In this document: positions 9,948 through 19,063 of the stretch, one piece after another
How the letters are laid out: every line of letters begins with the position of its first letter
Numbering within the stretch: position 1 is the first letter of the stretch
Assembly: GCA_040877445.1 (NCBI GenBank)
Contig: JBBDNT010000301.1
Span: 4,622-56,452 of the forward strand
Reading direction: 5' to 3'
DNA: 51,831 nt
From: Planctomycetaceae bacterium
Lineage (GTDB): Bacteria; Planctomycetota; Planctomycetia; Planctomycetales; Planctomycetaceae
Notes under the pieces: model-generated
Databases searched by the model: none
Told to the model about the DNA's origin: nothing
Seen by the model: only the letters and a program-made list of their open reading frames with translations
Translations under genes and position numbers: made by a program

Positions 9948-11492
9948 TTGAATCTCCGTCGTCGCGTCGCAGGGTTTGCGTTTCTTGGCGTCATCGCGTT
10001 GAGCGATGCCTCCGCACTGGCTCAATCGGCTCGGACGGAGCCGGGATTGTTCGAATGGCGCGAATTTCCGATTCCAGGAACGGCGGCGCCGTTCGCCGAT
10101 TCCGGCTTCGCCACGGCGCAGGCCGCGTATCGAACCGCCGAAGGGGAGGAACCGCCTCCGCCGCCGGCGGCGGCGGGTCCGGCGATTCCCGGCGGAGCGC
10201 CGCCTTTCGACTCTCCCCGGTTCGCATCGCCCGAGACGACCGACGATCGATCCGGCGACGAGAAGACGTCGGATTCCTCCGCGGAGAAGCCGGCCCCGGA
10301 GAAGCCCGCGGAGAAAAAGTGGTACGACAAGTACCGCGTGGGCGGGTACGCGCAGTTCCGCTTCAACGAGACGACGCACCTCGCGCCGGGATCGGCCCCG
10401 CCACAGCATGCGGGCGATTCCTCTGTGAGCGACGACGAGACGTTCATCATCCGGCGGGCGCGGCTGATCTTCTCGGGAGACATCTCCGATCACCTGTTCG
10501 TGTATCTCCAGCCCGACTTCGCCGCGTCGGTCCCCGGCAGTCCCGACGCCAATCACTTCGTGCAGATTCGCGACTGGTACGGCGACGTCTATCTCGACAA
10601 GGAAAAGGTCAACCGCTTCCGCGTGGGGCAGTCGAAGGTGCCCTACGGCTGGGAGAACCTGCAATCCAGCTCCCGCCGCGCTCCGTTCGACCGCAACGAC
10701 GCCTTCAACAGCGCCACGCGCAACGAGCGCGATCTGGGCGTGTTCTACTATTGGACGCCCGAGTACGTGCAGGACGTGTTCGAGTACCTCTCCGACAACA
10801 ACCTGAAGGATTCGGGCAATTACGGCGCGTTCGGCACCGGGATCTATGCCGGACAGGGCGGCTCGCTCCGCGAGCAGAACGACAACGTCCATTTCGTCAG
10901 CCGCTTCACCTGGCCGTTCATGTTCGAGAATCGCCAGGTCGTGGAACTGGGCATTCAGGGCTACACCGGAGAATACACGGTCCTCGGCTCGCCGATCCGC
11001 CCGCTGGGAATCGGGTCGGAGGACATCGTCCCCTTGGGCACGCGCGACACGGGAGGCCGCGACGGGCATCTCGATCAGCGGCTGGGCTGGTCGTTCATCT
11101 GGTACCCGCAGCCGTTGGGCTTTCAGGCGGAATGGACGATCGGCCGCGGCCCGGCCCTGAACGACACGCAGACCGCCATCGAGACACGCGCTCTGTATGG
11201 CGGCTACGCGATGTTCCTTTACAAGCTCGATAGTTCGATCGGCACGTGGTTCCCATTCATTCGTTGGCAATACTTCCAGGGAGGTTACAAGTCCTTCCGA
11301 AACGCCCCCTACAGCAAGATCAACGAATTGGAATTGGGAATCGAGTGGCAGATCCGCAAGGAAATGGAACTCACCTTGATGTACACCTTCACCGACCGCA
11401 CCAACCTGGATGCGATGGCCGGCGCCGGAAGAACCTCCTACGACCAGTTCGACGGCCAACTCGTGCGGGTCCAGTTCCAGGTGAACTATTGA
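9948..11492 (+). CDS. secreted outer-membrane-type (beta-barrel) porin, possibly of the phosphate-selective OprO/P-like family
   Basis: A TTG start gives the signal peptide [27 protein letters not shown]. The sequence is rich in alternating aromatic and hydrophilic beta-strand patterns and ends in the C-terminal aromatic residues QFQVNY. An acidic Pro-rich linker follows the signal. Confidence 0.5.
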   Translation: MNLRRRVAGFAFLGVIALSDASALAQSARTEPGLFEWREFPIPGTAAPFADSGFATAQAAYRTAEGEEPPPPPAAAGPAIPGGAPPFDSPRFASPETTDDRSGDEKTSDSSAEKPAPEKPAEKKWYDKYRVGGYAQFRFNETTHLAPGSAPPQHAGDSSVSDDETFIIRRARLIFSGDISDHLFVYLQPDFAASVPGSPDANHFVQIRDWYGDVYLDKEKVNRFRVGQSKVPYGWENLQSSSRRAPFDRNDAFNSATRNERDLGVFYYWTPEYVQDVFEYLSDNNLKDSGNYGAFGTGIYAGQGGSLREQNDNVHFVSRFTWPFMFENRQVVELGIQGYTGEYTVLGSPIRPLGIGSEDIVPLGTRDTGGRDGHLDQRLGWSFIWYPQPLGFQAEWTIGRGPALNDTQTAIETRALYGGYAMFLYKLDSSIGTWFPFIRWQYFQGGYKSFRNAPYSKINELELGIEWQIRKEMELTLMYTFTDRTNLDAMAGAGRTSYDQFDGQLVRVQFQVNY

Positions 11493-11628
11493 TCCCGACG
11501 CCCGCACAGAGAAAAAACTCCTGTTGACTCGATCGGCCGGTTCGAAGTAAATCGCCGTTTCTCACATCGGCGGCCCACTCTCCGGCCGACGCCTTCCCTC
11601 TCGCGAATCTCGAATCACGGGGTGTGAC

Positions 11629-12774
11629 GTGAACGCTTACCTCGTCTGCATGGTGGCCGTGTTGTCGGCCGATGCGCCGGCTGACGCGTGGCAGACGGCC
11701 TCTCCCTGGGACGGCACGACCGTGGTCCGGGCTCAGGGACCCGGCCCCGAAACGTACCCGTTCGACGGGGGAATGCCGCCCGGAGGAATGGGCTATCCGC
11801 CGCCGGGAGGCGCCTACGGGGCCGATCCCGGCATGTCCTTCATGCCCAATCCGTCGCAGTCCATGATGGACCCGTTCATGTACCCGGGCGGAGGCCATCC
11901 CGGCGGCGCGGTCCCCTTCGTCGCTCCGGATCGCGGGCAGTTCGCCATGAGCACCTTCGGCTATCAGCCCTTTCACATCGGCGGACAATCGCGGGCGGAC
12001 GCGTTCTACATGAGCAGCGAAGGGACGAGCGAGCCGAGCTTCGGGCGCTTTGGAATGTCCGGAGTGAACGCCGAGGCCGAGTACACCAACATCTCCGGCC
12101 TGGGGTGGATCTTCTCCACCACGGCCCAGTACGGCGTGCGGTGGTGGGACGGACCCGACGGCGGCGTCGGTCTTCCCGGCGACGTGCACCGCATCGGCCT
12201 CGATCTCGAATGGGCCACCCCCCGGGGCGACCTGGGTCCGTGGGGCCTGCAGTTCGGCTTCAATCCCTCGATGAACACCTCCTTCGAGCGGTCGATGAGC
12301 AGCGACGCCTATCAGTGGGACGTCCGCGGCCTCGCGACGTATGAAGTCTCGCCCGACCTGTTGCTCGTCGGCGGTGCCGGCCTGTGGGACCGCGTCCGCG
12401 ACCGTGTGATTCCTTACGCGGGCGTCGTCTGGATGCCCAGCGATCGTTGGGAATTGCGGATCCTGTTCCCCGAATCGCAGATCAGCTACTTCCTCGGAAA
12501 TCGCGGCGCGGTCGCCAATTGGATTTACCTCCGCGGCGAGTACCGGGTCGAGGCCTACGAAGTCGCCACCGGCGTCGGTCCCTTCCGCGACAAGGACCAG
12601 GTCGAAACCCAGGACTGGCGCATCCTGTTCGGCTACCAGGCCGACGGCGGGTTCTGTGCCGGGTTCATCGAGGCCGGCTGGGTGTTCGGCCGCGACGTCG
12701 AATTCAAGCACGACACGCAGCCGGGATTCGATATCGGTTCGGGCTTCATCGCCCGCACCGGTTTCCGGTTCTAG
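11629..12774 (+). CDS. putative secreted beta-barrel protein (planctomycete BBP7-like)
   Basis: A GTG start gives a hydrophobic N-terminus. A Gly/Pro/Met-rich N-terminal region (GGMGYPPPGGAYG) is followed by amphipathic beta-strand-like segments. The C-terminus ends in RTGFRF with a terminal Phe, as beta-barrel proteins typically do. Confidence 0.45.
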   Translation: MNAYLVCMVAVLSADAPADAWQTASPWDGTTVVRAQGPGPETYPFDGGMPPGGMGYPPPGGAYGADPGMSFMPNPSQSMMDPFMYPGGGHPGGAVPFVAPDRGQFAMSTFGYQPFHIGGQSRADAFYMSSEGTSEPSFGRFGMSGVNAEAEYTNISGLGWIFSTTAQYGVRWWDGPDGGVGLPGDVHRIGLDLEWATPRGDLGPWGLQFGFNPSMNTSFERSMSSDAYQWDVRGLATYEVSPDLLLVGGAGLWDRVRDRVIPYAGVVWMPSDRWELRILFPESQISYFLGNRGAVANWIYLRGEYRVEAYEVATGVGPFRDKDQVETQDWRILFGYQADGGFCAGFIEAGWVFGRDVEFKHDTQPGFDIGSGFIARTGFRF

Positions 12775-12828
12775 CAAGCCCGACGCTTCGGTTTCGCGAC
12801 GCCACACCCTCAGCATCGAGCCGCCATC

Positions 12829-13572
12829 GTGACCGCTCCCGTAGCCGTCCTCCTCGCCGCCGGCAAGGGGACGCGGATGAAATCCGATCGACCCAAGGTG
12901 CTGCACGAGGCCGGCGGGCGATCGCTGATCGAGCACGTGCTCGCCGCCGTCCGCGCCGCGGGAGTGGGACGGATCGTGGTCGTCGTCGGCTATCGCGCCG
13001 CTGACGTTCGCGCCGCGCTCGCCGGGCAGCCGGACGTCGAGTTCGCGCTGCAAGCCGAGCAACTGGGAACCGGCCACGCCGTGATGATGTGCGCCGAAGC
13101 CTTGCAGAACCACGACGGGCCGGTCTTCGTGCTGGCGGGGGACACGCCGCTCGTGCGCCCCGAATCGCTCCGCGCCCTGCTCGACGATCAGCGACGCGCG
13201 GGGGCGGCCTGCGTCATCGGCACCGCCGAGACCGACGCGAACGAAGGACTGGGGCGGATCGTCCGCGACGCGGCGGGAAACTTCGAGCGAATCGTCGAGC
13301 ACCGCGACGCCACGCCCGAACAACGGGCAATCCGCGAGACCAACACCGGTTGCTACGTCTTCGACTGCGCCGCGCTGCTCGCGGCGCTCGCGCAGCTTCG
13401 TCCGGACAACGCGCAGGCGGAATACTATCTCACCGACTGCCCCGCGCTCTTGAAGGCGGAGGGGCGCCCGGTGCTCGCCAGCCGCCGCTTGAGCATCGAA
13501 GAAGCGCTCGGCGTCAACACGCCCGAGCAACTCGCCGAAGCGGAACGCGCCCTCGCCGAATCGACGGGTTAG
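12829..13572 (+). CDS. sugar-phosphate nucleotidyltransferase (GlmU N-terminal domain-like; no acetyltransferase domain)
   Basis: LLAAGKGTRMKSDRPKVLH is the G-x-G-T-R-M NTP-transferase signature. The sequence ...GTGHAV... and VLAGDTPL follow the GlmU pyrophosphorylase domain pattern. The ORF ends after about 247 aa without a left-handed beta-helix repeat region. Confidence 0.7.
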   Translation: MTAPVAVLLAAGKGTRMKSDRPKVLHEAGGRSLIEHVLAAVRAAGVGRIVVVVGYRAADVRAALAGQPDVEFALQAEQLGTGHAVMMCAEALQNHDGPVFVLAGDTPLVRPESLRALLDDQRRAGAACVIGTAETDANEGLGRIVRDAAGNFERIVEHRDATPEQRAIRETNTGCYVFDCAALLAALAQLRPDNAQAEYYLTDCPALLKAEGRPVLASRRLSIEEALGVNTPEQLAEAERALAESTG

Positions 13573-13625
13573 CCGCGACCCCAAGCCTCGCGTCCCCGGC
13601 CGCGAGCGCAGGGGAGCGCGATTCC

Positions 13626-14582
13626 CTACTTCGCGTACTCCGCGTGCAAGCGGTCGAGCGCGTCGCGGCCGACGCCGTCGTGCACCACGATTCGGTAACG
13701 CAACGTCAAGTCGTCGTCCTGCGGGATCGCCGCCGCTTCGCGCCCGGGCCACGCCGGGTTCTGCATGCTCTTCTGCGCTCGCAGCACCCAGGGCTGCGGA
13801 TGCCCGGGATTCGACGGGTGCGATAGGATCGCCATCCCGCCGTTCTTCGTCGAGATATCGACCCACGGGCCGGCGTCGACCGCGGTGAGTTGCGGGGCGA
13901 TCGGGCCGCGCGGGCCAGCGAACTTCACGTCGACCGGCAGCTTGATCCGCGCGGAGAACCCGCCGTAGCCCTTGTCGTCTTCCGATCCGCCGATCCGCAC
14001 GCCGGGCAACAGCGCCCGCAGGCGGATCTCGAAATCGATCGCCCGGTGATGTTCACCGCGTCGATGCGCGCGGACGATCGTGCGTTCCTCGACGATGGGG
14101 ATGCGGCTTCCGTCCACGCCGGTGACGAGCGGCGACGTCCATTGGACGCGGGCTTCGAGCGCGAGCGCGTCGTCGTCTTGCGACTTCACCTCGATCGACC
14201 GGACTTCCGCGAGAAACCGCTGCGCCGCCCACGGATCGCCGACCCGCCGCTGGCCGATCCACAGTTGATGCCACGCCCAGTAGATGCCCCGCTGATGGAG
14301 ATGGTCCGGCGGGAAGTCCTCGGTGAGTTCCTCCCCCGCGAGATCGTACAGCGGATGCACGTAATTCGCCCGCTCGTAACGGCCCTCGGCCGACTTCGGT
14401 CGCCGCTGATAGAACAGCACCGGCCGGCCCTCTTCGGTGACGCGCACGCCGTCGTCGGTGCGCTCGAGGGCGAACGGACCGGCGAATGACGCCGCGTTCT
14501 CGGCGGGCACGCCCACGGAGCCACCGAGAGCGCCGAGGATCATCGGGAAAGTGGCGATTGCGAAAGCGCATCGGCGATTCAT
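13626..14582 (-). CDS. hypothetical secreted protein (possibly PmoA-like/DUF6807 family)
   Basis: An internal ATG at 14582 gives the signal peptide MNRRCAFAIATFPMILGALGGSVGVPA. The upstream portion of the long ORF is Arg-rich and unlikely to be translated. The family assignment is a tentative recollection only. Confidence 0.45.
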   Translation of the reverse strand: MNRRCAFAIATFPMILGALGGSVGVPAENAASFAGPFALERTDDGVRVTEEGRPVLFYQRRPKSAEGRYERANYVHPLYDLAGEELTEDFPPDHLHQRGIYWAWHQLWIGQRRVGDPWAAQRFLAEVRSIEVKSQDDDALALEARVQWTSPLVTGVDGSRIPIVEERTIVRAHRRGEHHRAIDFEIRLRALLPGVRIGGSEDDKGYGGFSARIKLPVDVKFAGPRGPIAPQLTAVDAGPWVDISTKNGGMAILSHPSNPGHPQPWVLRAQKSMQNPAWPGREAAAIPQDDDLTLRYRIVVHDGVGRDALDRLHAEYAK

Positions 14583-14712
14583 GCGATGGTTCCCGTGCGA
14601 TCGACGGTGAATGTGTCCCCGATGACGATAACGAAACCAGGCGGGGAAAGCATCGGTGCGGCGTCGATCTTCGAACGACCGGCCCGGGGCGATCGTGTGG
14701 AAATCGATCGCC

Positions 14713-15672
14713 TCACAGCCACTGCTCGAACCAGCCGCGTGTTTCCGTCGCGACGTCTCCATCGAAATCGAACCAGATCGAGACGTGCCCGGTGCGCGGC
14801 AACAGAACCAGCTTGGTTCGATCGGGGGCCGCTTCCTGAAGGCGGACGGCGTGGTACGGCGGAACGAGCCAGTCCTCCGTCCCATGGACGATCAGCACTT
14901 GCGCCCGCGATCGGCGAATCGCTTCGATCGACGACGAACGATCGGGGTCGAACTCGCCCGCAACGCCCGCCGCGGCGATCGATTCGTCCATGAATCGGTC
15001 GGAAATCATTCGCTCGACCCCCGGCAGCATCGTCCGGCCGTAGTCGGGAACGACGTCGCGCATCGCGCTGAAGGGAGCGACGGCGACCACGCAGTCGACG
15101 CGGGGGTCCAGTCCGGCGAACTGGATCGCCGTCGCCGCGCCGTAGGAGATGCCGTACACGCCGAGCCGTCCCGCAAGCAGATTCCGCCGTTCGAGATGAT
15201 CGACCACCTGCACGAGGTCGCGCGATTCCTGCTGCCCGAACGTCAGCCGATCCCCCGTGGAACGGCCGTGCCCGCGGAGATCGACGAGCACCGCCCGAAA
15301 GCCTTGCTCGGCCAGTCGGCGAGCGGTGCCGGTCATCCAGAAGCTCGAGTTTCCGATCCCGTGCAGCACGATGATGGTTCCCCGCGGGGCGTCGAATTCC
15401 GGCGGCTCGACGATCGCCACGGCGAGCGTGGCGTCGGGCGGACCGACGGGGACGCGGAGTTCCTGGTCGATCCCGATCGCTTGCCGCACCGCCGGCGGAT
15501 AGCCCGGCTGCGCGCCGAACGGATGAAACGCGTTGGGCGCGGTGGTCATCGCCTTGCCGACGAATTTCGCGCAGCCGCCGCCGGCGACCATGAGCGCGAC
15601 GGCAAGCGCGACCGGGACTGCGCCGGCGCGGCCGCGCGAGAAGGATGACTTGGGCGCTGCGGAGTGTGGCAT
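14713..15672 (-). CDS. alpha/beta-fold hydrolase, probable lipoprotein
   Basis: A lipobox-like VAGGGC lies near the N-terminus. HGIGNSS forms the oxyanion region, GISYGAA is the G-x-S-x-G nucleophile elbow, and a downstream HG motif completes the pattern. Confidence 0.75.
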   Translation of the reverse strand: MPHSAAPKSSFSRGRAGAVPVALAVALMVAGGGCAKFVGKAMTTAPNAFHPFGAQPGYPPAVRQAIGIDQELRVPVGPPDATLAVAIVEPPEFDAPRGTIIVLHGIGNSSFWMTGTARRLAEQGFRAVLVDLRGHGRSTGDRLTFGQQESRDLVQVVDHLERRNLLAGRLGVYGISYGAATAIQFAGLDPRVDCVVAVAPFSAMRDVVPDYGRTMLPGVERMISDRFMDESIAAAGVAGEFDPDRSSSIEAIRRSRAQVLIVHGTEDWLVPPYHAVRLQEAAPDRTKLVLLPRTGHVSIWFDFDGDVATETRGWFEQWL

Positions 15673-15748
15673 GGCACCGATATTCCGCGGGGAAGTGGTC
15701 CGCGTCTTACCTCGGGCCAGGCGTTCATGTCAAGACGTTTCGCGACGC

Positions 15749-16240
15749 TCACGGCTTCGCCGCCTCGATCCGCCCGAACATGTGCCCGCCGACTTCGCCG
15801 TGCTGCCAGGTTCCCGCGTAGCGGTCTTCATGGAAGAACACGCGGCAGGTGAAGGTTCCCAGGCCGGGGATCGCCAGGTCGGTCATCGAGATCATCGGCG
15901 TGTCGCCCGCCCACAGCACCTTGAGGGTGATTGGCACCGTGACGTCGGTCGTGCCGTACTTCACGCGGGAATTGAACACCCAGTAATCGTCGCGGAGCTT
16001 CGACACCTTGGAAATCTCGTAGCGTTCCTCCTTGGCGTCCGCTTCCTTGCCATCGACGGTGAATCGGCCGACCAGCGCCGCGCCGGACAGCTTCTCGGCG
16101 AAGGCCTGCTCCTGCTTCGAGAGCGCGGGGGGCGGATCGACCTGCTCTTGTGCGGCGACCATCGCCGCGCCCATGCCGAATGCCGCGCCGGCGCCGAAGA
16201 CGACCATCGCCGCCATTTTCGCGAGAACTCGCTGCCGCAT
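15749..16240 (-). CDS. hypothetical secreted protein
   Basis: An ATG at 16240 gives MRQRVLAKMAAMVVFGAGAAFGMGAAMVAAQ, a signal peptide. The upstream extension of the ORF is Arg-rich. I recognised no motif. Confidence 0.4.
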   Translation of the reverse strand: MRQRVLAKMAAMVVFGAGAAFGMGAAMVAAQEQVDPPPALSKQEQAFAEKLSGAALVGRFTVDGKEADAKEERYEISKVSKLRDDYWVFNSRVKYGTTDVTVPITLKVLWAGDTPMISMTDLAIPGLGTFTCRVFFHEDRYAGTWQHGEVGGHMFGRIEAAKP

Positions 16241-16531
16241 GGTTGCACCTCCGGTGTGGGCTGGGGATCGGTCGCGTCCCGCACGATGCGGATCGCGGTC
16301 GCGCGCCATGATAGCGGAAAGCTGCCGCCGCGTCCCTGAACCGCCCATATCCCAATCGTATCGGAAGAGCGCTCGGCGGTCACCATCGCCGACGGGCGGA
16401 TTCGCGTTGCTTGTCCGCCCCCTTCGCACCGCCTAGAATGCCGGTCGTTCCCGTTCCGCTTTCTTCACGAGCGGGGCCGAATTCCCTCCTCACGTCCGCT
16501 CCCAGCCGGATCAGCCACGGAGACCCGTCGG

Positions 16532-17242
16532 ATGCAGCCGAGGCAGGAAATCTTCCCCCACGTCATCGAGATGAACTATCAGGCGCGGCGGCGCCTGGGG
16601 TGCGGCGTGTACCTCGTGTTCGACGCCGACGAGTGGAGCCTGATCGACGTGGGCTACGAGGACACGGTCGCCGAGATCGTCGAGTTGATCCGCCAGATGG
16701 ATTTTCCGCTGGCGCAGTGCAAGCACATCGTCATCTCGCACGCCGACGTCGATCACGTGCAGGGGCTGAAGAGGCTCAAGGAATTGCTGCCCGCCGCGGA
16801 GACGCTGGCCCACCCGGACGCGGCCCGGCTGCTCGGGGAAGGGGAGCGCATCATCACCTATGCCGAGATCGCCGCGCAGGGGGTCTCGCTCGATTTGCCG
16901 GTGACCCGGATCGACCGCACGATCAACGAAGGAGACAAGCTGCGCGTCGGCGGGCTCGAGTTGGAGGTCTGGCACACCCCCGGCCACGCGCGGGCGCAAC
17001 TCGCCTTCCGCATGGGAGAATTGTTATTCTCCGGCGACAACATCTTCCGCGACGGCTGCGTGGGCAACATCGACGCGCATCACGGGTCGGACATCCCCGC
17101 CTTCATCAAGTCGCTGGAACGCATCCGCGACAGCGGCGTGAAATGGCTGCTCCCCAGCCACGGCACCTGCGCCATCGACTGGCCGCTGATGGACGAGTGG
17201 GAACAGGAACTCGTCCGCGGCTTCGATCCGGAGAAGACGTGA
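16532..17242 (+). CDS. MBL-fold metallo-hydrolase
   Basis: [11 protein letters not shown] is the H-x-H-x-D-H zinc-binding motif, with downstream His and Asp ligands at WHTPGHA. Confidence 0.8.
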   Translation: MQPRQEIFPHVIEMNYQARRRLGCGVYLVFDADEWSLIDVGYEDTVAEIVELIRQMDFPLAQCKHIVISHADVDHVQGLKRLKELLPAAETLAHPDAARLLGEGERIITYAEIAAQGVSLDLPVTRIDRTINEGDKLRVGGLELEVWHTPGHARAQLAFRMGELLFSGDNIFRDGCVGNIDAHHGSDIPAFIKSLERIRDSGVKWLLPSHGTCAIDWPLMDEWEQELVRGFDPEKT

Positions 17243-17275
17243 GCGTCGCCGCGAAGTTCACGAGGTAAGTAGGAG

Positions 17276-17378
17276 CCGAGGGGTTTATCCCCTCGGTGGG
17301 GATGCGGGGGCCGCAAAGGAAGGCTCACGTTTTCTCGTTGCGGTCGCCGCAGGACCACCGCGGGGATAAACCCCGCGG
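17276..17378. terminator. pair of inverted-duplicate GC-rich stem-loops between convergent genes (bidirectional terminator candidates)
   Basis: Hairpin 1 at 17276-17296 is ccgagggg-tttat-cccctcgg. Hairpin 2 at 17358-17378 is ccgcgggg-ataaa-ccccgcgg, the reverse-complement copy of hairpin 1 with one substitution. They lie between the MBL hydrolase stop (17242) and the GTPase stop (17398). Confidence 0.55.
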
Positions 17379-17397
17379 CTCGACGAGAGATCGCGAA

Positions 17398-18507
17398 TCA
17401 TCCCCCGGCGACGCCCATCCGGTGCGTCGGCACGGGGCGGCCGGGGCGGAAACCTCGCGTGCGGCGGAACTCCGCCCGGGCATCGCGCGCGGCGCACGCC
17501 GCGGCGACCGCTTCGAGCACGCGCGACTCCAATTCCCCCGGATCACACGCCACGCGGGCGTTGACGATCAGATCGAGCGCGTCGACCTCGCAATTCGAAG
17601 GGAGCGACAACTCCGGCTCGCTCGCGCTGCTGACGAGATTCGCCACGCCGAAGAAACCCTCCCACAGGCCGATGGCCTTGAGATGCGCCGTTTCCGCGCC
17701 GTCGGTCGCGAGCGCGGCGCGCAACCGGGCGATCACGTCGAGCAGCAGATCGTCGAGCGGAAACTTGCGCTCGGACGTCACGCGGACGCTGCTGTTGAGC
17801 CAGCCGAGTTCCGCTTCTCCCTCGGCGTAGACGTCGTAGTCGATGTCGAGCACGCGGCGGCCGAAGTCGCCTTCCTGGTCGAGGAAAGCCGTCAGCGCGT
17901 CGAACCCCTGCCCCGTCTTCGCCGAGACGCGCAACACCGGCACGCCGGGGTGCTGCGCGGCGATGAGTCGTTCCAGGTCGTCCGCGTCTTCGGCCGGCAG
18001 TTCGTCGATGCGATTGATGAGAATCGCGTCGGCCTCTTCGAGTTGCTTCTTCAGGATGTACGCCGCCTTGGGCGAGAACCCGCCGCCGGCTTCGTTTCGC
18101 AGGATCCGCCCGCCATGACTCGGCTTCAGAATCACCGCATAAGGGGCGATCGAGAACTCCGCCTCGAACAATTGCTTGATCGGCTGAATGACCGTGGCGA
18201 CGAGATCGGTGCAGCTTCCGACCGGCTCGGCGAGAATCACGTCCGGCTTCTCGCCGCTACCGAGTTTCTCGACCGTGTCCATCAATTCGTCGAAGTTGCA
18301 GCAGAAGCAGGCGCCGGCGACTTCGCCGACGTCGAAGCCTTGCGCGCGAAGGTTGTTGGTGTCGACGAGATCGGCCGCCTGGTCGTTGGTGACGATGCCG
18401 ACCTTCAGGCCGCGCTGCATGTAATGCCGCGCGAGCCGTCCCAGCGTGGTCGTCTTCCCGGCGCCGAGAAACCCGCCGATCATGATGTAGCGAATGCGAT
18501 GGGGCAT
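17398..18507 (-). CDS. G3E-family P-loop GTPase (CobW/HypB/UreG-type metallochaperone)
   Basis: The P-loop is [13 protein letters not shown]. The CxCC-like metal motif GACFCCN follows Walker A, as in CobW/COG0523 proteins. The C-terminal domain is acidic. Confidence 0.75.
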   Translation of the reverse strand: MPHRIRYIMIGGFLGAGKTTTLGRLARHYMQRGLKVGIVTNDQAADLVDTNNLRAQGFDVGEVAGACFCCNFDELMDTVEKLGSGEKPDVILAEPVGSCTDLVATVIQPIKQLFEAEFSIAPYAVILKPSHGGRILRNEAGGGFSPKAAYILKKQLEEADAILINRIDELPAEDADDLERLIAAQHPGVPVLRVSAKTGQGFDALTAFLDQEGDFGRRVLDIDYDVYAEGEAELGWLNSSVRVTSERKFPLDDLLLDVIARLRAALATDGAETAHLKAIGLWEGFFGVANLVSSASEPELSLPSNCEVDALDLIVNARVACDPGELESRVLEAVAAACAARDARAEFRRTRGFRPGRPVPTHRMGVAGG

Positions 18508-18519
18508 CGTCGTCTGACC

Positions 18520-18903
18520 TTACGTTTCGTGGGGATGCGTAGCGTCCGACGCTTCGACTGAAGATACATCTTCGGTCGGCGGACTTCCTTCATTCTCGAC
18601 CGCGACGCAGAGTTCCCCCGCGCGGTCGATCACCTGATAGCGACGGACGGTGCATTTCATCGAATGCGTGAGGCACCGCCCGTCGGCGAGGTCGAACCTC
18701 CATCCGTGCCACGGGCAAGTCAGCGTTCGGTCGCGAAAGTTCGCTTCCAGCGGTCCGCCGAAATGCGGGCAGACGGACGAATACGCGACCGGCGCGCCGT
18801 CCAGCCAGAGCAGCACGACCTCGTCCCGCAATTCGTCGATCCACTTCGTGACGGACCGGCGGCGCTGGAGTTCGGCACGCGTGCAGATGGGGACGGGGGG
18901 CAT
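18520..18903 (-). CDS. Rieske (2Fe-2S) domain protein
   Basis: CPHFGGPL followed 17 residues later by CPWHGWRF gives the CxH...CxxH Rieske cluster ligands. The gene sits immediately upstream of, and is co-oriented with, the G3E GTPase. Confidence 0.8.
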   Translation of the reverse strand: MPPVPICTRAELQRRRSVTKWIDELRDEVVLLWLDGAPVAYSSVCPHFGGPLEANFRDRTLTCPWHGWRFDLADGRCLTHSMKCTVRRYQVIDRAGELCVAVENEGSPPTEDVSSVEASDATHPHET

Positions 18904-19063
18904 GGGGGAGGTCAGTGGTCAGTCGTCAGCGGTCAGTGGTCGGAGAGGCGCGAACCACGGTGCGCGCGATTCGCGTTCCTGATATGATGCTTCAGGATAT
19001 GGCCAACGCCGCGCGGCGGTCAACGCGGCACTGCGGGCGACAACGATTCCCGGATCTCCCCAT

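Noticed and set aside
15257-15502. Small ORFs on the opposite strand within the alpha/beta hydrolase and PmoA-like genes (for example 14656..15648+, 13890..14489+)
   Set aside because: They overlap well-supported genes on the other strand and have Arg/Asp-rich low-complexity translations.
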